Assembly: GCA_977018835.1 (NCBI GenBank)
Contig: OZ361257.1
Location: forward strand, 2,108,001-2,172,000
Direction: 5' to 3'
Length of the DNA stretch: 64,000 bases
DNA from: Minutocellus sp. GHC0000111
Taxonomy: Eukaryota
The notes under the pieces are model-generated. The model searched no databases, had not been told where the DNA came from, and worked only from the letters and a program-made list of their open reading frames with translations. Made by a program: the position numbers and the translations under genes. Shown here one piece after another: positions 56,427 through 64,000 of this stretch (within the stretch, counting starts at the first letter, position 1; each line of letters opens with the position of its first letter).

Positions 56427-58235
56427 ATGAAGACGCTTACTACGTGCCTGGTCGCTGGTGCCATTGCTCTTCATGGATCAGCTGCGGCGGCGGCAGCAGC
56501 AGCCCAAGAGGAAGAAGCACCGGCGCGGGATGACGGTCACGGACCATCGCGCCCGCCATCATCGCCCTACTGTGCCAATGACCACGATAATCACGATAAT
56601 ACATCCCCTGGCCCGTGCATCAACGCCGATCCCGATTGCTACCGCCGAGCTGCTCTCGGCGAATGCAAGTTGCAGTCGCACGCACAATACATAACAACTC
56701 ACTGCTCCCGAGCCTGTGGACGCTGTTCACTGACACAACTTCCCGACGAAGCCACCATCCAGAAGGAGGAAGAGGAGGAATTGAGAAGCAACGAGGCCAA
56801 CGACTCCCCAGAACTAGATTTGGACTGCCACGATTTGCACGAGATGTGCCCCATATGGTCCGGCCAGGGAGAGTGTCTCCTCAACCCCAAGTACATGGCG
56901 ACGGCATGTCGAGAATCGTGCCTGCTTTGCGTCAATGCCCGCACCAGCCGGGAGCGTGGGGAGGACACCGAACGGATCCGACGGAAGCGGACGTACGTGA
57001 CGTCCGTCGATGCCGGCCCGCAGCAACGGATGGACGGATCGATCACCGAACAGCAGCAGGACAAGATACGGAATCTGTTGCAGCACATGGACCGTTATGC
57101 CAAGGTCAACTTGACAGATGTGGAGGTATCTCGCGAAACCAGAATGCTTTGTCGCAACGACCACGACGAATGTGCCATCTTGGCGGTACAGGGCCAATGT
57201 CGAAAGGACACTCTGTACATGCTGGCTCACTGTTCACTCGTTTGTCGATTCTGTGACAAGGTTGAGAAATTCCATCGATGTGCGGCCACTACTGACAATG
57301 GCATTGGTAATGCTGAAACGAGTGGCTTGTTTCATAAAGCTGGAGATTTGAATTCCTTCTTTCGCCAAGCCAAGGAAGGCGGTCGATGGGACGAGTATCG
57401 ACCAGAATACCTTTCACAGCCCGGTGGCCACGCCAATGCCGATGGCGAAGCAGATGCCAATGATGGCAGTCCCTGGGTCGTTCGATTCGATTCATTTTTG
57501 AGTGCATCAGAGAGCAAAAGAATGATCGACATCGCAAATATTATTGGTTGGTCAGACTCAAAAGTTGAGGAGAAAGATATGTTTGGAGGTAATCCAGAGA
57601 AGGTGCCTCCTCAACGATCTTCCAAGAGTGCAGTGTGTCGTGCGGGTGCAGCGTGTGACTCGGAACCGGTATACACTGCAGTGATGAAACGAGTTGCCGA
57701 CACCATTGGAATTCCGAGGGAACATTTTGAGCACACACAGATTGTCAAATACGAGCATAGAGATTCATTTGGTGTTCATCACGATTATCGTATCCACGAC
57801 CTTTGGAAGCCAGGTGGGTGCAGCAGTAGTTTTGCCCTGACCAATGTGCATAAATTTTGCTAATATGTGGCCGTGTCAACTCTCTTTCTTTTCCGTCCAA
57901 ACCGCTAAAATATCTCCCAAATTCACCATACTGTTTCTTCTTCTTCTTCTTCTTCTTCTTCGATAGCCGGCCCAAGAGTCCTCACAATGATGTTGTACCT
58001 ATCCGATGTCGAGGAGGGGGGATCGACCGGATTTCCGGATCTTGACTGGTTGTTCATTGAGCCGAAAAGAGGACAAGCTTTGCTCTTCCCGAACGTTTTA
58101 GACAGCGACCCAACGAAAGCGGACCAAAGAATGGTTCATGAAGGTCTTCCGGTGGTGAGCGGCACCAAGCACATCGCAATCGTGTATATCCACATGCGAG
58201 AATGGACGGCGGCATTAGAGCAAGACTGTGTTTGA
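56427..58235 (+). CDS. Secreted ShKT-domain (x3) prolyl 4-hydroxylase (2 exons)
   Basis: Signal peptide; three C-x6-C..GEC..C...C..C ShKT units; PWVVRFDSFLS, HHD, intron 57814-57966, RVLTMMLYLSDVEEGGSTGFP, HEGLPVVSGTK. Confidence 0.92.
57934..57961 (+). repeat. (TTC)n microsatellite forming the intron polypyrimidine tract
   Basis: ttcttcttc... immediately before the gatag acceptor. Confidence 0.9.
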
Positions 58236-59258
58236 TCAATGATAACCAAACCGTTAGGCCGTAAGCCATTGCGCTCCAATCTGGATATTATTAGGTACTC
58301 AGTACCGTCGTTTGGCGTACCATTTACGTCCTGTCGTTCTTGGTCACCACCTGGTTCAAGTTAGTTCGTGCTTCAGGGGCTCTCTTGTTAGATCTCCCCG
58401 TTTCGTTGAAGTGAATCCTCGGGGATCAGGGCGGCCAGCACGAGCAATGGAAGTACCTAGGTACGCCTACGTGATTTACAGACTACTATCTAGTACGTTG
58501 TCACTCAGCGTAGATAGAGAGGGCGAAGGTAAGGATTGAGAGGGTGTATTGGATCAGTGATGCTTGTCGGTCTTGTTTTCTGTTGCGTTTGGACGACTTT
58601 ACTGTGCTGATGCTAACCACCGACTTGCGTTTCTCTCTTCTACGACAGAGACGATGGCAATGACGATGACGATTGGGGCACTTGCTTGAGCACCAATGGG
58701 ATATATCCGGTCAAGTTTTGCCTCAACCCCTTCGCGGGAGAGCCTGGTGAGATCGGCATATTTTCTCTCGCTCGCTAGCTAGCTACTAGACTAGCTAGGT
58801 CCAGCTTGCATCCAAACCGTCATAGAATTAATCCCGCCTGCCATAAGTGCAGGAGCTGAGGGCTCGGATATTGGGCCAAAATTGGCAATACCGAGATCCA
58901 ATATTCATTTTGGGACAAAGCCTTTTGGCGCTCTAATAAATGAATACCACCGATACCTCCTCAGAGGATCGGCATTGGGGCTACGGCCAAACGGAGCTAC
59001 TTTAGAGTAAGTAGAAGTTTACCTACTGGCACGTAGGTTGCATTGTGTTGGGCTTGAGAAAGACCCCGGAGAAGAAGGTTCATGCAAGCTTCGGAGCAGC
59101 ATGACCTCTCGAGACGGTGCACCTTTCAATCTCGGGCGATCTCCCACCGTCTGCTGACTTGACCTTGGTTGGGATCTTTTCCACAAACCGACAAGGTGCG
59201 GCACGACCGACCATTTGATGTTACACTCAGGCGTTGGATTTCTGTCGATCAGGGCCAT

Positions 59259-61256
59259 ATGTGGGAGAATAATCCTCCCGAGAAAACTGCCGGCATCACG
59301 CCTCCAAAGGCAGCACTAGATATCTGGCCAAGGCTACAGGCTGAATCACAGAGAGAGCCATCGGATGAATTGGTTGAGGAGGCTGTAGGTGGTGTTGGTG
59401 GTGTTGGTGGAGGAAATGGCGAGGAGGGGGAGGAGGAACCACCGGCCCTCGCCTCCGCCGCCGCAGCCGCCAAAGTAGTAGCGCCATTGGTTTCTGCTTC
59501 TGCTTCTGCTTCGGTAGCGGCCGCCTGTGATGCATCCTCTAGTACCAATACCACTTTTGGTTGGAAATCTCCCGATCCCAGTGATAGATACGCGGTCGGA
59601 ACTAATGGCCGTGTTGCTGGGCAGTCATCCATTCCACGCTCCGGTTCGACAACCCCCAACATTCCTTCCTTCAACCCGTCTGCTACTGCCGGACGTCCAA
59701 CTGGAAGTGACGGCGACAACAACTGTGGTCACGAAGATGACTTGCCAATATCTAATGACGACGAGGTCGGTTCCCAACATGCTGGAGACGATATAACTAG
59801 CAAGTATGAGTCCTACGATGCCAAACCGCCTCCTCGTCCCTCTACAGCTAGAGTTGAACCTTCATTGAGTGGCACTGCCGCTGCCGCCGCCAACAACACC
59901 GGCATGCTGCCAAATTCACCCGACATCGTGGCCCATGGCTCGGCCAAACCTTCTGCCAGCACCACCAGCACTAACAGGTCATCCTCCAGTACCATTACTC
60001 CGGTCGCTGCTGACGTCGCGGATAATGCGGCCACGCCCAAGACTACCACGACCGAGACTGCATCTACATCTAACGATGACGCCTTGTCTTCATCTCCCAT
60101 CGAATGTTTGAGATATCGCGTGTGGGAGGCCCGCCAGAAGCAGGTGGGAGACGCCGAGAAGTTCTTGAAGGACAAGGGCGTGTACGATGCTAAAAGTCTA
60201 CCGGATACGACACAAATGGACCACGTCGACTTTCTTCCACGTGCTAGGGCCGTCAAGAAAGCCCTCGAGGCATTCAAAGACGACGCAGATTGCCCCTTTG
60301 TCGACACGTACAGGGGCAAGATCAAGAATCTGACACCGAGTCAACTGCACCATTTCCTCTACTGCGTCGACAAAACTGCTCCCTTCGCCCCGACTGGAGG
60401 CGGAGCCAGCCACGGGTCTGTCGACGAAGGAGTTTTGCAGCCCTATCTCCTGCCTCGTTCTGAAATCAATGAACGAGAGGCTGCATTGAAGTCAAAATCT
60501 ATTGATCAGACTTCAGGTGATTCAGGCTATGTTGATCTGCGCACTGGAAAATGTGTTGCGCGATTTGTCGGTGGCCAATCCTGCAGCGTTTCTGCAATGA
60601 ACTCAGCTGTTGGAATGAATTGCTTCAGAAAGAGCGATCTCGGCCCGGCCGGCCAAGATGTTTCTGTGCACCAGATGACCCATGCTATGCAAGATAGCGA
60701 AGGTCATTTTGCTCGTAATACAATTCGTCTGGTGAAAATCAAGGGAAAAAATGGCGCCGCCAAAATGAGGAAAATCCTTGAACATGAAGGAGGAATGCTG
60801 CTCGCGCATGCAGTCGCTAAAACGCCAGAGAAGAAGAAAATTGGTCACTTCCTCGCTGTGAATACTGATATGAAGGTCATTCTCGATTGTCAAAATGGCA
60901 AATGGCGTTGCATCAGCTATTCGAGTGTCGATCAAAATGATACCAAGCTGGTTGAGAACTTCTTCCGAGCTTTCAATGTGATTAGCATTGGAAGACTCTA
61001 CCGAGTCCAGGTCCGTGTCGATCGCATCTCGCAATACTTTCCTCACTTCATTGGATCTGTGGATGGTGTGTTCTATGGCATTCAGCCACAGAGACTCCCC
61101 GGCCCATTGGATATGGAGGCTCCCCAAATCGTGATGAATAGTCATACTAGTAAGCGAAAGACTGCCAATGAAGATATTGAAGGTGCTGATAGTGCATCCG
61201 AGATGGCACCATGTCATCATCAGAACACGATGTCAAAGAAAACACGCGTCATTTAA
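59259..61256 (+). CDS. Hypothetical protein: disordered N-half + putative papain-like (Josephin-like) cysteine protease domain; 5' end uncertain
   Basis: QSCSVSAMNSAVG (Cys codon 60582), GHFLAVN (His 60846), VILDCQ (Asp 60885). Confidence 0.6.
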   Translation: MWENNPPEKTAGITPPKAALDIWPRLQAESQREPSDELVEEAVGGVGGVGGGNGEEGEEEPPALASAAAAAKVVAPLVSASASASVAAACDASSSTNTTFGWKSPDPSDRYAVGTNGRVAGQSSIPRSGSTTPNIPSFNPSATAGRPTGSDGDNNCGHEDDLPISNDDEVGSQHAGDDITSKYESYDAKPPPRPSTARVEPSLSGTAAAAANNTGMLPNSPDIVAHGSAKPSASTTSTNRSSSSTITPVAADVADNAATPKTTTTETASTSNDDALSSSPIECLRYRVWEARQKQVGDAEKFLKDKGVYDAKSLPDTTQMDHVDFLPRARAVKKALEAFKDDADCPFVDTYRGKIKNLTPSQLHHFLYCVDKTAPFAPTGGGASHGSVDEGVLQPYLLPRSEINEREAALKSKSIDQTSGDSGYVDLRTGKCVARFVGGQSCSVSAMNSAVGMNCFRKSDLGPAGQDVSVHQMTHAMQDSEGHFARNTIRLVKIKGKNGAAKMRKILEHEGGMLLAHAVAKTPEKKKIGHFLAVNTDMKVILDCQNGKWRCISYSSVDQNDTKLVENFFRAFNVISIGRLYRVQVRVDRISQYFPHFIGSVDGVFYGIQPQRLPGPLDMEAPQIVMNSHTSKRKTANEDIEGADSASEMAPCHHQNTMSKKTRVI

Positions 61257-61737
61257 TTTGATGGGTGGACTTTATCTTTCTGTATCTTCTGTATCTTCTG
61301 AAGGGCCAGGTTCTACCTAGGTACATGCATATATTTCATGATTGACTTATTTATTTCTTCAGTCTACATGTATTTTTTTTTAGATCGTACATGTACCTGG
61401 TAGCGCGCATGTATCAAAAACTACTCGCATGTATCAAAAACTACTCGCAGCGGCGTTTACAATACTAGCTAGGATTGTTGTTGGTGATGGCTTCGTCCCA
61501 CAAAATAGCTTAAGAGATCTATCTATCATACTGTAATGAAAAGTTAAAACCAAATTCAATTGAACAGGTAGCCTCGTTTGCATCAGTAAGAATATTTGCA
61601 TCAGTAAGAACGAATACCAATTTGTTTCAGCAGTAATTCCTCGCCTACTATTGTTACAAGCCGCTCTATATCTAGCTAGAGCTAAAGTGCTTGTTCCTCC
61701 AGTTAGCCTGAGGTTTTCAGTTCATATCTTTTCATCA

Positions 61738-62031
61738 TCATATCAACTTGTTCTGCGTCATGCTCCAATTCGGATTCTTTCCCGTACCACCGCCCAATAC
61801 AGCCTCATCGTACATTCGCAGCTGCTCTAGCCCCTTGTAGGCTATGCCAATCTTCTCCCTGGTTTGTGGATCGTTCGGGTCCAGCGTCATATTTTCGCGG
61901 AACTCCTCCCGAATACTCTCGTATATTCCCCAACGATTTTTGGACGGGTACGTCGCGCATGATCGCAAGAGGCGCTTGTAAAGCTCCAAGAGCGCGCGGC
62001 TGCCCTCGCTACTGGCAGCAACGGCCGACAT
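61738..62031 (-). CDS. LYR-motif (Complex1_LYR family) mitochondrial protein
   Basis: LLELYKRLLRSCATYPS...IREEFREN. Confidence 0.8.
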   Translation of the reverse strand: MSAVAASSEGSRALLELYKRLLRSCATYPSKNRWGIYESIREEFRENMTLDPNDPQTREKIGIAYKGLEQLRMYDEAVLGGGTGKNPNWSMTQNKLI

Positions 62032-62343
62032 GGGGATCACTATGCTTGCGGTGGTATGGCAGCGAGAGTGAGAGCAAAGAAAATGAGGCAAGATGGTTCT
62101 GTCCGTCCGTCGATAATAAGCAGGCTTTCGGCCGCCGTTTCCAGCATGATGGCGACTTTCCAGCCGACTGATACTCGTGGCATCGCGTGTTGGGTGAGCA
62201 GCGGCAGTACCATACCATCAACGCAACAGCAAGGGGGCGGGGGACACCACCGAGGCGCTCGATCTTGATCTACCGTGATTGAATATCGAAGCGGTCAAAA
62301 CTCGCACGCATTACAACGACAAACAACACTCGGCTCGGTGAAA

Positions 62344-62652
62344 ATGCCTCAGTCGAACGAAGTTGTCAACCTATGGATGTACTTCGACGAATGGTCCAGG
62401 TGCATATCGTCAGGATATCAGAAGGATCACCTGTATCGATTTGGCAAGTTCGATGCCTGCTCCCCACAATATGCCGACTTGAAGATTGCCGTGAGCGCTA
62501 AGATGAAATCAGATGAGGAGGAAGCCCGGACGTTGGAGGCGACGACTCATTATCGGAGAGTACGGTTGGGCAGTTCCAAGGAAACATCACCGACGGCTGG
62601 GGTTATATGGGAGCTGAAGGAACCAACTGGATGGGACGTACATGAGGAGTAA
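62344..62652 (+). CDS. Emi1/DUF3128-like small protein
   Basis: FDEWSRC.S..Q...LYRFGKFDACS....DL...., C-terminal VIWELK. Confidence 0.65.
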   Translation: MPQSNEVVNLWMYFDEWSRCISSGYQKDHLYRFGKFDACSPQYADLKIAVSAKMKSDEEEARTLEATTHYRRVRLGSSKETSPTAGVIWELKEPTGWDVHEE

Positions 62653-62728
62653 GCAACGCAGTCATGCTAAACCACCGAAACGCAGACATGATTTTTCTAC
62701 AGTGTACAACTGGCTTTCGTTACAAATA

Positions 62729-63368
62729 TTAGATCAAGTTATTGTCCTGCTTGACCGAGGCATACTTCTCGGGTTCGGCCTTTTCCAGCGGGCTGGCCCT
62801 GGCCCATTCCTGAATTTGTTCCACGACACCAGCGCCGCCTTCTCTCTTCATTTCGTCCGGAACATCGGAACGTAACGTAATGACGTTGAATATATCAATG
62901 GTCTCGAGATTGACAAATTGCTCGAATTGGTCCAGCTCGTCGGCGCCAAGGCTGTGAACGTTCTGGTTGGCCCACGTGCCAAGGAGGAGATCCACCTCCA
63001 ACCAACCCCTCTGCTTGGCCCGGTACACCAACCTCTTTCGTCGGACGTCGAGCTCCATCTCTTCCTTGCTGCCGGCAGCTGAGGCGGTACCATCGGGGAG
63101 ATTGTGCGACGGAAATGTCGTCGAGCTTCGGCAGCCGTACGTGGCGCTCATAGATGGCATCGGCACGAGGTTGGGCGACCGAGAGCAATTCCTGCTCCTT
63201 GGCAGAGAGGGTGGTTTCCATCTCTCCCGAGTCTCCTCGGTACCACCTCTTGGTCATGGCTGCTGCGTCGTGATCATTTGCAAAGCTGGAAGACGGCAAA
63301 CCACTACGCAAAACTGTACCACGACGCGCCACGGCCTGCAGGCCACTACGAAAGGGGATAAGAGTCAT
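62729..63368 (-). CDS. SDHAF2: Succinate dehydrogenase assembly factor 2 (Sdh5), frameshift ~63115 as assembled
   Basis: RRKRLVYRAKQRGWLEVDLLLGTWA...ELDQFEQFVNLETIDIF; the mitochondrial presequence MTLIPFRSGLQAVARR is in the adjacent frame. Confidence 0.88.
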
Positions 63369-63841
63369 GTTTTGGTTTGTTGCCAGCTAAGGGAATGCAA
63401 CTTTGACTTGAATTTTTGCTTCGAATATCGGTCGAAGGGGCAGCTGCTGCAGTCTGCATGGCGCTTTTGCTCGGCGTTCAGCAGCTTCGCGTTACCAGCT
63501 CAGACGGGACCAGCTTGTGACTGACTGACAATCGCGCGCATTCGCCATTATATTGAATGAAGTGAAGAAGGCTGATAGTGAAATACCGTCCCAGCTACCT
63601 CTCTCTCTGCTACTCTATCACGGTACTCTACTCCAGCAGACTGCGTAGCTAGATAGTATTCGTTAAAACTGACTTGCAGCAGCCGCAACCATGCCACTCA
63701 AGAGAGCGTTACGGTCTACACCGGCGCTTGTTTTGGGCGTATCGGGGGCGTCTCAACTGGCTCAGTCCTTTTCACCACATAACAACCTCAGATCATCGAC
63801 CAAGCGTGCTGAACAGCTAGCTCGTACTACCACAGACACAA

Positions 63842-64000
63842 TGGTAGCGGTGCGCGCAACCTCTGACTACTTATCTTCGCTTTCTTCGGCGTCAGAACGG
63901 AAACAAACTGTGGATGAAGCACATAAGCAATCACCAGTACCTGCGCTTGACCAACAAGACGAGGAGGACATACCCGACGATCATTACAGTAAGAACTATC
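63842..64000 (+). CDS. Possible 5' end of a gene running off the window
   Basis: ATG 63842 with an open frame to the window end (..DEEDIPDDHYSKNY). Confidence 0.3.

Noticed and set aside
58550..59258. Possible upstream exons of the 59259 gene (acceptor-like ctacgacag at ~58648)
   Set aside because: I could not build a consistent in-frame model.
1..64000. tRNA, rRNA or other structured RNA genes
   Set aside because: None recognised by eye; tRNAscan-SE and Infernal would be needed to exclude them.

Overview
Gene-dense, intron-containing eukaryotic nuclear DNA, very probably a diatom: it has a fucoxanthin-chlorophyll Lhcf gene, bipartite signal + 'AFAP/SSF' plastid-targeting peptides, tandem CP12 and ShKT-P4H. 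About 26 genes alternate mostly head-to-head and tail-to-tail: GT60 GlcNAc-transferase, SUMO-like+BTB, two inverted HA-repeat paralogues, old yellow enzyme, a tandem solute-binding surface protein, TFIIF-alpha, CSN8, sulfotransferase, ATM1, a tandem zinc-finger protein, EamA, Lhcf, Era, CP12, a MARVEL-like protein, clathrin heavy chain, a cyclic-nucleotide PDE, ShKT-P4H, LYR, Emi1-like and SDHAF2. Two accessory zones stand out. At 8.6-11 kb there is a decayed Transib/CMC-type transposase and a P4H fragment cut off by telomeric repeats. At 52-61 kb there is an unannotated papain-like Cys-His-Asp domain present as an intact and a triad-dead pair, plus an array of palindromic 20-mers. The most unusual window-wide signal is TpA-centred: palindromic CTAG/GTAC/TACGTA clusters in intergenic DNA at roughly nucleosome-scale spacing, versus apparent TpA loss (Tyr->His/Cys) in the decayed elements. 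Several single-base frameshifts in essential genes suggest residual assembly indels. All homology calls are by-eye motif recognition; no searches were run.
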